Source: a virus (lineage: Duplodnaviria; Caudoviricetes). Taken from it: a DNA stretch of 64,000 bases. The stretch is taken from positions 2,887 through 66,886 of the IMG/VR virus record IMGVR_UViG_3300033076_000638; one strand, written 5' to 3'. Positions 20,201 through 28,013 of the stretch are shown here, piece by piece (the first letter of the stretch is position 1; each line of letters starts with the position of its first letter). The notes beneath the pieces are model-generated. The model ran no database searches, was not told the DNA's origin, and saw only the letters and a program-made list of their open reading frames with translations. The position numbers were made by a program, and so were the translations under genes.

Positions 20201-20471
20201 TGGAACATGGCAACTGATGACAAAAATCAACAGTTCTGGTTCTAAATATTCTAACAGTCGTGGTGACATTATTGAATATGCATTTGCACCAGGAACAAAT
20301 GGTACAGACCAAGGATATGTGACATACACAAGTACAAACGGACAAACATACTCATCGTTCAGTCAGTTTGCAATTAAGGTTGTGTTCTCATCTTCAGACA
20401 GTACATATGTACCTTACGTGACAGACCTACGTGCAATCGCATTGCCTTCTAACGTTAATACTACATTTTAA
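14220..20471 (+). CDS. Large virion structural protein, VrlC/DUF4815-like
   Basis: N-terminus PYYDDFDSTKNFHRILFKPGYAVQARELTQAQTILQNQ; NYQAPGADRY; NRFKNGILVDDFS; DPVAQTF. 2083 aa, follows gp8 as in T4-like cyanophages. Confidence 0.85.
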   Translation: MALYFNVDPYYDDFDSTKNFHRILFKPGYAVQARELTQAQTILQNQVTKFADNIFKQNSPVTGGQVTTNFDCYYIKLQSTYNNVAIDVTQWEGLLIQNATGDVLARVLQVSVPTGTGGEGDPPTLVVAYKTGTHFTNNDVIYDVNSNLAVQALANSATGKSSVASIAEGVFYIEGHFVQIQPQTVIIDKYSSAPSRRIGLNITETIYDYVNDASLLDPAVGSSNYQAPGADRYVIELSLETRPIQLGDDDNFVELVRVTDGSVAKLVDGSVYNVIDDYFAKRDYETNGDYVVEDFKLTPKTNEDTTKYTLSVGKGLAYVHGYRVENPTPVDLVSNRARTTATRANGPVYVDYGSYVLVDTVRGNSQDFFDFTTAQPVDFHCVNVNNVNKTNTTTYGATTVASGYIRNLVYSSASNSANANTYIYKAYVYGLQNGAPSANATGGSTNTITLPGTFSATSNAYDGVNITITKGTNAGDTRTIVGYNGTSRTAYLNQNWTTTPDTTSVFVLNFDIKDAEALVSVDGSLNVVGSSSVSAQGKSNGVGSGDTELKNPGSPELVFNVGNPYISTLSDTSYTTQQIWRNVSFTSAGGSVTAEINYSNALQGIFTHFGTPSSTLSDETVMENFVIVVTDKGSNTVIKNGDIVPWVSADRSVTLDSTSAVATFAATDLLPFTAMIVAKVFVENADNTGYVLKSKNLIEANTTTINIAGTQVNVYTYVDDAALTSIGQVYIQHNGLVTPGQKQTLYLSDVKRIVKIIDTKTSGATPTTEMLSSSAYDITNNYNFDNGQRDGYYDHASITLKPGAPQPAGNILVLLDYYQHTGGDGYFAVTSYTSSTLPEDYRSIPSYRSNGGTVYSLRDCLDFRPARLNAQTDFIFRFSTTGTQNYGLNLPVDLTTFVGDSEYYLGRKDKLTLSKDRQFKIVEGSPSLTPLPPTEPDGSLVLANITHAPYTGYIPTEVPAGLISDLSIEKVQHKRYTMQDISGLESRINKVEYYTSLNLLEQKAQSLQISDAYGLNRFKNGILVDDFSSYAAADTMSTDYSAAINRRDRVLTASHAVKNFPLKSTALVNNIGKLAANSASSLGYEIDSSGLVNYFSLPYTTSNVATQKFASRTVNVNPFSFVSRQGVVDLTPNVDTWVDTNYAPALLVVDPNLQVYSESNTISTMTVGDWKGIPGTQTTSTQVSVTGGGNWQTTTTTSKTYQNQTQQNILGAYQKVDNTYAINNGYITDITVLPYIRPQQVVVRGKDMLFNTTVNNYFDDVNVDKYVRKANVIELTGVSGTFNENDIIGYYTSGVFTPTGRVLGVYNKTSTTVRLYVAADGTSTTYTTNGVVQNGFFNASGTYTSSTASGSLSSTSHFGGQIANAQTATKIVLSGLASTTNEYYTGNTIYINTGASAGHSATISAYYGANQTAVLSSSITTANGDIYSMGTFKTDQTGTVYGVFSIPPNTFHTGQRILKIDDSNGNSGSETTFARGTFYSEGLHTNAQKLDFGASPAGAKGTFTQTNYANNVLIASNTTSITNRWDPVAQTFIFDKDNYPNGLFLSSATFFFKTKPTSDSSPINLSIVGTLNGYPNGETLDNSIVSLTPEQVNISDTPQYLDKATATTFQFPVPIYIQPGVLYSFILKTNSKEYTVWTASNGDTAVTSSVKNQPSDPTPSIITKIAGAPYVGGLFVSQNSQTWTADQNQSLMFVLDRCVFDTTATPTVQYVVPKKLPQRTLVEQGVQYYLNANNISSGIDSISNTNIYVDAFNITTTDFLPTTTAINYTYNATLVGGTAAGTVNIRPGKFGTPSADDIYLSDGKGKRMLDANSGSSFSLYAQLSTNDNAVSPIISDAGLSTYAIKWNINNCELSNNLITVTNGGSSYSAANAVVTFSAPTGTGGTQAYGVANVVNGVIDAIYVTQPGSGYITTPTVTITASAGAASGATATVAGETSKVGGNATAKYVTKKVVLDAGFDSGDLNVYLSAYRPVNTDINVYYKILNRNDTQRFDDGTWQLMTKINSSGSKYSNSRGDIIEYAFAPGTNGTDQGYVTYTSTNGQTYSSFSQFAIKVVFSSSDSTYVPYVTDLRAIALPSNVNTTF

Positions 20472-20473
20472 TC

Positions 20474-20692
20474 ATGTTACTTAAAGTTCAAGGTACAGAA
20501 TTTGTCCGTGACACAAACTCCACAGCCCTCATCAACAGAGATGCAACGGGCTTGGAGGAATATTATAAGAAAAGACGCTTGATGGCTGCTCAAAAGGATG
20601 AAATAAATAACCTGAAGGAAGACTTCAAGAACATCAAATCGGAAATGTCCGAAATAAAACAACTGATGTTAAAACTATTGGAAAAAAACTAA
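20474..20692 (+). CDS. Small coiled-coil hypothetical protein
   Basis: 72 aa with VRDTNSTALIN motif and a C-terminal heptad helix; tightly packed between the VrlC-like and fibre genes. Confidence 0.75.
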   Translation: MLLKVQGTEFVRDTNSTALINRDATGLEEYYKKRRLMAAQKDEINNLKEDFKNIKSEMSEIKQLMLKLLEKN

Positions 20693-23600
20693 ATGGCTAA
20701 TACAGTTTCAATTTTAAGTTATGCAAACACCTTTGGTGAATGGGTTGTTAACACAAACACTCTTGCAAAAGAGAACAACGACCTTGCTGCAAACAACTAT
20801 GTAAAATCAACAGGGACTTTGTTCTTAAACGACAACTCTCTTGGTCTACAAGTTGCTAACAACGCAATCATAGGTGGTCAACTACAATCTCAAGGTGTTG
20901 GTTCTTCTGCATACGTACAGAACAACATGAGAGTTGATGGTCAGGTTTATTTTACCAATACAACATTAGGTTTAACCAACTCAGGTCAAGCAAATATTGG
21001 TGGAGCATTACTTGCACTTGGTACTGGTACAGGTTTGACAGTTGCTAATACAGCAAACGTTGGTCGTAACCTGAATGTAACAGGTAACACAACAGTCATT
21101 GGTAATTCAACAGTACAAGGTGACTCACAATTATTTACCGTTAAAGCAACAGGTACAGTCAATGTTGCTAACAACCTATTAGTTACACAGAACGCATATA
21201 TTGATGCATCAGCATTTGCTGACCACTACTATGCAAACATTGATATGACTACACCACGTATTGTGGTTTCTGGTTCTGTTTATGGTGTAACTGCACGTGC
21301 CGATTTCGATATACTCTACTCAAACACAACAACATTAAGTAGTGCCTATATCAACACAATACAAGCAAATTCGTCCATCAATACACAAACGATGAACGCA
21401 AGAACATTGTATGCACAATCTGTTGCAACACCAAGTGCAAACGTAACTGGTTCAATTGATGCTAATAATGCATCGTTGTTTATTAACAGTATACAAACAA
21501 ACGGACAGTTGAGTGTTGGTGGTAACTTCGTTATTAATGGTGCCACAGTATACAACTCAAATGCATTTACAATCAATGCAGGTTCAGCAACAGCACAGTA
21601 CGGTTCTTTCATTGTAAACCGTGGTTCTGATGGTGCAAACGCAGAGTTGCGTTGGAACCAACCACTTGGTTACTGGGACATTAAGAATGTTACATCAAAC
21701 ACATTCTACCGTGTTGTTACAAATGAATTCATTAATGACACACTAACATCAACAAGTAACACGGATATAGCTTCAGCAAACGTTGCAAATACATTGAACA
21801 ATACTATTACTGCCGCAAATAATTTCTTGCAGGCAGCAGTAAGTTCAGCAGGATCATATGCCAATTCCGCATTTGAACAGGCCAATGGTGCATTTGCTGC
21901 AGCCAACAACGTGGCACCACAGATTGCACCTGCGTTTGGTCAAGCCAATGCAGCATTCTCTAGAGCAAATACTTCCTCAAATGCTTTCGTAGGTACAACA
22001 GGTACAGGTATCACACCAACAAACGGTGGCATATCATTTGCAAGTAATAACGGTGTGGTTATTTCCACTCCAAGTGGTGGAAACACAGCATTTATTAGCA
22101 CATCACAAGACCTAAGAACCTCTGCAACACCAACATTTGCAGGTCTAAGTCTATCAAATCCATTGGCAGTTACACAAGGTGGTACAGGTGGTTCATCTTC
22201 TACTGCTGCGTTAATTAACTTGTTGCCTGATGCATCATCCGCACCAGCAGGATATGTTCTTGCAACTGGCGGTGTTGGTAGTTACTACTGGACTGCTGGC
22301 GGTTCAGGTGGCGGCGGTGGTACACAACCTGGTACAAGAATTAATACAACACGTTCTTTCCCAACAGTTAATACTAACCAAACAATATTTACCACACCAA
22401 CATACACTCCAGGTGCAGGTCAATTACGTGTGTATATTGATGGTGTTCGTCAATATCCTTCAGACTATTCAGAAACCAATTCAACAACAGTTACATTGGG
22501 TTCAGTAATACCAACTGGTTCATCTTTGATGATTGAAGTTGATGGTTATAACACATATAACAATTGGGCAAACACAACAACGTTTACTGCACCACAAGGT
22601 TTAATACCTTCTTCAGCAAACACCGTTCAGTTGGCGATTGCAGATTTGGAAACTAGAAAAGCAACGTTGGCATCACCAACATTTACTGGATTGGTTTCAG
22701 TACCAACTGCACCAACAAGCACAAGTAATACAATCGCTGCATCAACAGCATATGTAACAAGTCGTTTGGGTGATGGTGGTACATATGCACACAACATCAC
22801 AGGTAATGCAGCAACAGCCAACTCAGCAGCTTCTGTGGCAGCAAGTGCAATTACTGGTCAATCAGGTATGTGGACAAGTGCAACACGTCCTGGTCCATAT
22901 AGATTGTATCGTAGAGACAACGACAGTAATTATTCCGTACAAACATATTGGACCGGCAATCGTTGGAGATTGTATGGTTATAATGGAGATAGTGAACATG
23001 CAGATACACATGTGGGTTATGCAGACTCCGCTGGTTCGGTCGCCTGGGGCAACGTAAGTGGTAGACCAACAGCAGTAAGTTCATTCACAAATGATTCTGG
23101 TTACCAAACATCTTCCGGTTCCGTTAACTATGCATCTAGTGCAGGTTCGGTTGCATGGAATAATGTGACTGGTAAACCAACCACTCTAGGTGGTTTATCT
23201 GATGATACACACATTTATGGCAACAATGGTATCCAATGGGGTATGGGTGCAGTTGCAGGATACACCTACACATTAAGTAGTGGTGCTGTTGATGATACAT
23301 CAACAACATTTAATGTACCTTCTAGTGGATGGTGGTCATTTGATAATGTAAATATATATTTTAGGGGAGAGAGATATTCATGTACAGCATGGGTAAACAC
23401 CACCGCATATGTTATAGGAGCCTTTGACGTTAATGTTGGTGGTTCATGGTATACTATTTCAACTCGTTACTGGGATTTCCAACAAGTAAATGCATTACCA
23501 AGCGCTAACGGAGTCAGAAAAGCTGTTGGAACAAGAGGTACATATTACGGAGCTGGCCTAGGAAAAGATAATATATTAGGTAGTTATAATAAACCTTATT

Positions 23601-23848
23601 ACCTATACGCAGGATCAAATATAAGATTGCGTATGATGTGGAGCACATCCGTTCCATATGAAAATGATTCATCTATAGCGGATATTGGAGCATTTGCTGA
23701 TACATATACTGGTGTGCCTAATTTAATTATAATGCCTAGTTCATATAATTACCAATGGAGAGCTTATCCAAGTCCAATAAACACTTCAGGAACATACTGG
23801 TTTGCAGGTGCCGGTGTATCGTTCGCAGCAACAAGAGTAGGAACTTAA
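20693..23848 (+). CDS. Tail fibre protein
   Basis: N-terminal NTFGEWVVNTN baseplate-attachment-like motif; beta-helical N/T/S-rich body; LAVTQGGTG and WxNVxG[RK]PT fibre motifs; aromatic-rich C-terminal tip. Confidence 0.8.
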   Translation: MANTVSILSYANTFGEWVVNTNTLAKENNDLAANNYVKSTGTLFLNDNSLGLQVANNAIIGGQLQSQGVGSSAYVQNNMRVDGQVYFTNTTLGLTNSGQANIGGALLALGTGTGLTVANTANVGRNLNVTGNTTVIGNSTVQGDSQLFTVKATGTVNVANNLLVTQNAYIDASAFADHYYANIDMTTPRIVVSGSVYGVTARADFDILYSNTTTLSSAYINTIQANSSINTQTMNARTLYAQSVATPSANVTGSIDANNASLFINSIQTNGQLSVGGNFVINGATVYNSNAFTINAGSATAQYGSFIVNRGSDGANAELRWNQPLGYWDIKNVTSNTFYRVVTNEFINDTLTSTSNTDIASANVANTLNNTITAANNFLQAAVSSAGSYANSAFEQANGAFAAANNVAPQIAPAFGQANAAFSRANTSSNAFVGTTGTGITPTNGGISFASNNGVVISTPSGGNTAFISTSQDLRTSATPTFAGLSLSNPLAVTQGGTGGSSSTAALINLLPDASSAPAGYVLATGGVGSYYWTAGGSGGGGGTQPGTRINTTRSFPTVNTNQTIFTTPTYTPGAGQLRVYIDGVRQYPSDYSETNSTTVTLGSVIPTGSSLMIEVDGYNTYNNWANTTTFTAPQGLIPSSANTVQLAIADLETRKATLASPTFTGLVSVPTAPTSTSNTIAASTAYVTSRLGDGGTYAHNITGNAATANSAASVAASAITGQSGMWTSATRPGPYRLYRRDNDSNYSVQTYWTGNRWRLYGYNGDSEHADTHVGYADSAGSVAWGNVSGRPTAVSSFTNDSGYQTSSGSVNYASSAGSVAWNNVTGKPTTLGGLSDDTHIYGNNGIQWGMGAVAGYTYTLSSGAVDDTSTTFNVPSSGWWSFDNVNIYFRGERYSCTAWVNTTAYVIGAFDVNVGGSWYTISTRYWDFQQVNALPSANGVRKAVGTRGTYYGAGLGKDNILGSYNKPYYLYAGSNIRLRMMWSTSVPYENDSSIADIGAFADTYTGVPNLIIMPSSYNYQWRAYPSPINTSGTYWFAGAGVSFAATRVGT

Positions 23849-23851
23849 AAT

Positions 23852-24097
23852 ATGTTAATTAAAAATGTTATAGATGCACAAGTACAACCAGGACAACCAG
23901 GAAATAAAAAAGTTTTGCAGGTATTCTTAAAAATTACTGATAGTTCCGTATTGGATCATCCAGAAATAACTACACCTGTTCCAGAAGGCACTGAAAATGT
24001 TTCAGTAAAAAATATTTTACAGATGGTTTTGATTGATGAGTCACATGAATTGTTCGAGAGAATTAAAAACAAATTTAATATTACCTTCAACGAATAA
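23852..24097 (+). CDS. Small hypothetical protein (possible fibre-tip chaperone or partner)
   Basis: 81 aa, starts 3 nt after the fibre stop; AT-rich like the fibre tip. Function inferred from position only. Confidence 0.6.
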   Translation: MLIKNVIDAQVQPGQPGNKKVLQVFLKITDSSVLDHPEITTPVPEGTENVSVKNILQMVLIDESHELFERIKNKFNITFNE

Positions 24098-24109
24098 AAG
24101 GCAAGTTAG

Positions 24110-24874
24110 ATGACAACAAAAGTAAAACCATCCGTATTGGCAGACACCGCAGTAACCGCAGGTACATATGGTGGTTCCACACAACATTCCGTATTCACAG
24201 TTGATGCACAAGGTCGATTGATTTATGCTGGTAATGCAACACCAAGTATTGCAACCACACAACTGACTGGTACGATTTCTGCCACGCAAGTTGCAAACAA
24301 CCAAACTTATGGCATCAACATAAGTGGTAATGCCGCAACAGTAACCAACGGTGTAGTAACTTCAGGTTCATATTCCGATCCTTCTTGGTTGACCTTATCA
24401 AAATCAAAGGTTGGTTTGGGTAACGTAGATAATACTGCTGATGCAAACAAGAGTGTTAGTTATGCAACAACAGCAGGTAACGGCGGTGTAACAAGTATCA
24501 ACGGTAATACAGGTGCAGTTACATTAGATGCAGTTGGTTGGACAGTAACATACACTTCAGTATCCATTTCAAGTGGCGGAACCTGGAACGTTCCAGCAAA
24601 TTGTATTGGTGTATATGTTTGGTGTGAAGTTTATGGTGGTGTAAACAATGGTGGTTATGGCCGTGTTGCAGTCAAAAACTCAATCTCAACCACCATCGGA
24701 ACATTCTACATTAACGGAACAAATACAAACCACGGTCCTGATGGTGGTTCAGGTATGATGGACGGAGCAGGTTCTTTCATACCACTATCTTCAAGTGCAT
24801 CAAGTTTGTCCATGGACATTATTAACAATGGTGTTTCAGGCAGTTTCATTGTTCAGGCATACGTTACAAAATAA
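24110..24874 (+). CDS. Short tail-fibre-like protein
   Basis: AGTYGGSTQHSVFTVDAQGRL and KSKVGLGNVDNTADANKSV are common phage fibre motifs. Confidence 0.75.
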   Translation: MTTKVKPSVLADTAVTAGTYGGSTQHSVFTVDAQGRLIYAGNATPSIATTQLTGTISATQVANNQTYGINISGNAATVTNGVVTSGSYSDPSWLTLSKSKVGLGNVDNTADANKSVSYATTAGNGGVTSINGNTGAVTLDAVGWTVTYTSVSISSGGTWNVPANCIGVYVWCEVYGGVNNGGYGRVAVKNSISTTIGTFYINGTNTNHGPDGGSGMMDGAGSFIPLSSSASSLSMDIINNGVSGSFIVQAYVTK

Positions 24875-24894
24875 TTCATCTATCAAATTTGGTA

Positions 24895-24902
24895 GATAAA
24901 TA
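24895..24902 (+). promoter_or_regulatory. Late promoter (GATAAATA)
   Basis: TAAATA core in the intergenic gap before 24927. Confidence 0.55.
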
Positions 24903-24926
24903 TAAAATAATAACCAAAGAATTAAA

Positions 24927-25280
24927 ATGGCTGCAGGATACCAAAATTTATACTTAGAACAAGGCGCCACATTTGATATTTCAATCGCATTAGATGATGT
25001 ATATGGCAACAACTATGACCTGACTGGTGCAACTGCCAAAAGTCAGATAAGGAAGTCATACTATTCCGCAAACGTAACTGCGGAATTTACAAGCACGATT
25101 GATGTTACTACTGGTACAATCGCACTATCACTTTCTTCTGCAAATACTGCAAACATTGCAGCAGGCCGTTATCTATATGACACAATAATTTCTATTCCTG
25201 GTGTACCTGGAACCGCAAACACAGTCATACGTGTACTAGAAGGTACAATGGACGTTTCACCTAGAGTAACAAGGTTCTAA
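24927..25280 (+). CDS. Conserved small beta-sandwich virion protein (LEQGATF type)
   Basis: NLYLEQGATF..YDLTGATAKSQIRKSY..IAAGRYLYD..RVLEG. Confidence 0.75.
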   Translation: MAAGYQNLYLEQGATFDISIALDDVYGNNYDLTGATAKSQIRKSYYSANVTAEFTSTIDVTTGTIALSLSSANTANIAAGRYLYDTIISIPGVPGTANTVIRVLEGTMDVSPRVTRF

Positions 25281-25281
25281 A

Positions 25282-25503
25282 ATGGCAACAACACCTCCAT
25301 CAACAGTACGTGTTACGATTGGACAGAACAAACCTTCTGTCACATCACTAAGTTATGGTACAAGAACATTAAAGAGTGCGGCAGATTTGAATTTGTCTAA
25401 CGCACAAGATGGTTTCCCTATAATTTATCGTGCAAACACAAACAGTTTTGTGGTTGGTCCTGCTACTGCCGAAATTCTTACTATTGATAACGGATTATTT
25501 TAA
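25282..25503 (+). CDS. Small linker-like virion protein ending IDNGLF
   Basis: 73 aa; LKSAADLNLSNAQDGFPIIY motif; TAATG overlap with the next gene. Confidence 0.7.
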   Translation: MATTPPSTVRVTIGQNKPSVTSLSYGTRTLKSAADLNLSNAQDGFPIIYRANTNSFVVGPATAEILTIDNGLF

Positions 25504-27980
25504 TGGCAAATACCAGTACCATACAGATATTAAGGTCTTATGCAAATACTACACCGACATTCCTGTATGACGGTCAGCTAGCCTATTCTTTTGTAAACGA
25601 TACACTATACATTGGTAATACTGCACAGAGTGTTCGTGTAATTGGTGGTAATAATTACGTTGGTCTTACATTAGGCGCATATAACAAGGCTAATACTGCT
25701 GCAGCGGTAGCACAACTGGCATATGATACCGCTAATGCGGCAGGCACCAGTTCTACGGTCAACTCAGCATTTATTCAAGCAAACACAGCATTTAGACATG
25801 CGAATGCTGGTTATACACAAGCAAACACCGCAACAACATTAGCACAGGCAGCATTCAATGCAGCTAACAATGCTGCGGTTGCTCAGTCAGCATTCATTCA
25901 GGCGAATGCCGCATTTAATACCGCAAATAGTGTTGCTGCAAGTATCACAGAACTATCTAATATTGATGCGTATCAGAACACTACCATTTCTGCGATTAAC
26001 ACCTTTGCAGGTGCAGCCTTCAATGCTGCCAATGGTGCGATTGCAAATACTGGTGGTACAATCACAGGTTCATTGAATGTTTCAAGTAACCTAACTGTAT
26101 CCGGTAGTCTGACAGTTCTAGGTAATGTGTTTACTGTTTCTGCAACAGATGTATATGTAAACGATTCGTTAATTCATCTTGCAAACAACAATACAACAGA
26201 TGTTGTTGACATTGGTGTTATTGGTCAGTACAATAATGGTACAGCAAATGCTGCAACAGGTTTCTTCCGTGATCCTACATTAAAAGAATTCGTATTCTTC
26301 CAAGGTTACACAGCAAGAATATCATCCAATAACTTAATCAACATTGCACATCCAACGTTTGCTTATGCCAACGTATATGCAAATACATTTAAGGGCAATT
26401 TTGCTTCTAATATAGGATTTATAGGTGGTATCAACGTACAACCACATTTAACATTCTCTTTCACACAGGCCAACGCTTCTTTTGGTGTTGCTAACTCTGC
26501 AGCATTATATGCCAACGGTGCTTTTATAAAAGCCAATGCAGCATATGCACAGGCAAATACAGGTGTAACCAACGCACTTGCAGCTAGTACATATGCCAAT
26601 GCGGCGTTTGCTGCTGCAAATACCGCTTCTGCTGGTGGAACATTAGCCACTTCTGCCTTCATACAGGCCAATGCAGCATTTACGACAGCAAACAATAACG
26701 CAAACAATATTACTGTTGCAGGATCATATGCAAACTCAGCCTTCTTGCAAGCAAATAATGCATATGCAAAGGCAAATAACGTTGAGACATTAACAACTGT
26801 TGCATATGATACGGGTGCAGCTGCACAAGTAACTGCCAACAAGGCCTGGGACCATGCTAATGCTGCTTATGAGAAGGCAAATACTGGTACATCACCAACA
26901 ACGACTGACCAATACGCAAGAGACACAGCAAATGCAGCTTACTTAAAAGCCGATAATGCTCAAGCAAATGCTAGTGCTTCATTTGTTCAAGCGAATGCAG
27001 CATTTATTGTTGCAAATACTGTAACCTCGGCAGCACTATATGCCAACGGTGCCTTCATACAAGCAAATGGATCATTTATATTTGCAAATGCAACAGCATC
27101 CAACGTTGCGGTTGCTGGTGTGTATGCCAACGGTGCATTTATACAGGCGAATGCTGCTTATGGATACGCAAATACTATTGCAAACAATTCTATATCAGCC
27201 AGTCTATACGCCAACGGTGCATTTACACAAGCCAATGCAGCATATGCGAGTCAGAACGTAACAGGCACATATGCCAACTCAGCATACACAACTGCTAACT
27301 CTGCTGGTGTATATGCCAACGGTGCGTTCTTGAAGGCAAACGCAGCACAAGTACATGCACAGGCAGCTTTTAATACTGCAAACAATACAAGTTCAAGTAT
27401 TATTGAACTTACAAACATCGAAACATATCAGAATACCACAATAACCAATCTGAATACATATGCACAGGCAAGTTATGCAACTGCAAACTCTGGTGCATTG
27501 TATGCTAACGGTGCATTTACACAAGCCAATGCAGCATTTGTGGTTGCAAACAACGCTTTACCATTGTCTGGTGGTACAATTACAGGTACATTGACTGTAC
27601 AAGGTCAAACAACCTTACAGTCAAACACATATGCAACGCATATATTGCCTGCAGCCAACGTAACTTATGATTTGGGTTCACCAACAAGACGTTGGAGAAA
27701 ACTATGGATTGCTGGTAATACCATTGATTTGGGTGGCGCACAAATCTCCGCCGAAGGTGGTGCAGTTTCATTGACAAGTGATACTGGTGCATCGTTCTCT
27801 GTATCTGGTAACTCAGGTTCAAGTTTAGGTAACTTTGGTGCGATTTTGGCCAATTCACAGATTGCTTCAACCAACACCACATCAGGTACAATTGTTGTTG
27901 ATGGTGGTATTGGTGCAACAGGTAACGTAATTTTGGGTGGAATACTCCAGGCTAATTTGATTTCTGGTGGTACATTCTAA
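25503..27980 (+). CDS. Fibre protein with AN-x-A heptad stalk
   Basis: Mtd_N-like N-terminus (IQILRS..PTFLYDGQLAY); long ANxA[FY] repeats; ILPAANVTYDLGSPTRRWRKLW motif; ends ISGGTF. Confidence 0.8.
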   Translation: MANTSTIQILRSYANTTPTFLYDGQLAYSFVNDTLYIGNTAQSVRVIGGNNYVGLTLGAYNKANTAAAVAQLAYDTANAAGTSSTVNSAFIQANTAFRHANAGYTQANTATTLAQAAFNAANNAAVAQSAFIQANAAFNTANSVAASITELSNIDAYQNTTISAINTFAGAAFNAANGAIANTGGTITGSLNVSSNLTVSGSLTVLGNVFTVSATDVYVNDSLIHLANNNTTDVVDIGVIGQYNNGTANAATGFFRDPTLKEFVFFQGYTARISSNNLINIAHPTFAYANVYANTFKGNFASNIGFIGGINVQPHLTFSFTQANASFGVANSAALYANGAFIKANAAYAQANTGVTNALAASTYANAAFAAANTASAGGTLATSAFIQANAAFTTANNNANNITVAGSYANSAFLQANNAYAKANNVETLTTVAYDTGAAAQVTANKAWDHANAAYEKANTGTSPTTTDQYARDTANAAYLKADNAQANASASFVQANAAFIVANTVTSAALYANGAFIQANGSFIFANATASNVAVAGVYANGAFIQANAAYGYANTIANNSISASLYANGAFTQANAAYASQNVTGTYANSAYTTANSAGVYANGAFLKANAAQVHAQAAFNTANNTSSSIIELTNIETYQNTTITNLNTYAQASYATANSGALYANGAFTQANAAFVVANNALPLSGGTITGTLTVQGQTTLQSNTYATHILPAANVTYDLGSPTRRWRKLWIAGNTIDLGGAQISAEGGAVSLTSDTGASFSVSGNSGSSLGNFGAILANSQIASTNTTSGTIVVDGGIGATGNVILGGILQANLISGGTF

Positions 27981-28013
27981 ATAGAAGATAATAATTAAAA
28001 GAGTAAGGTAACA

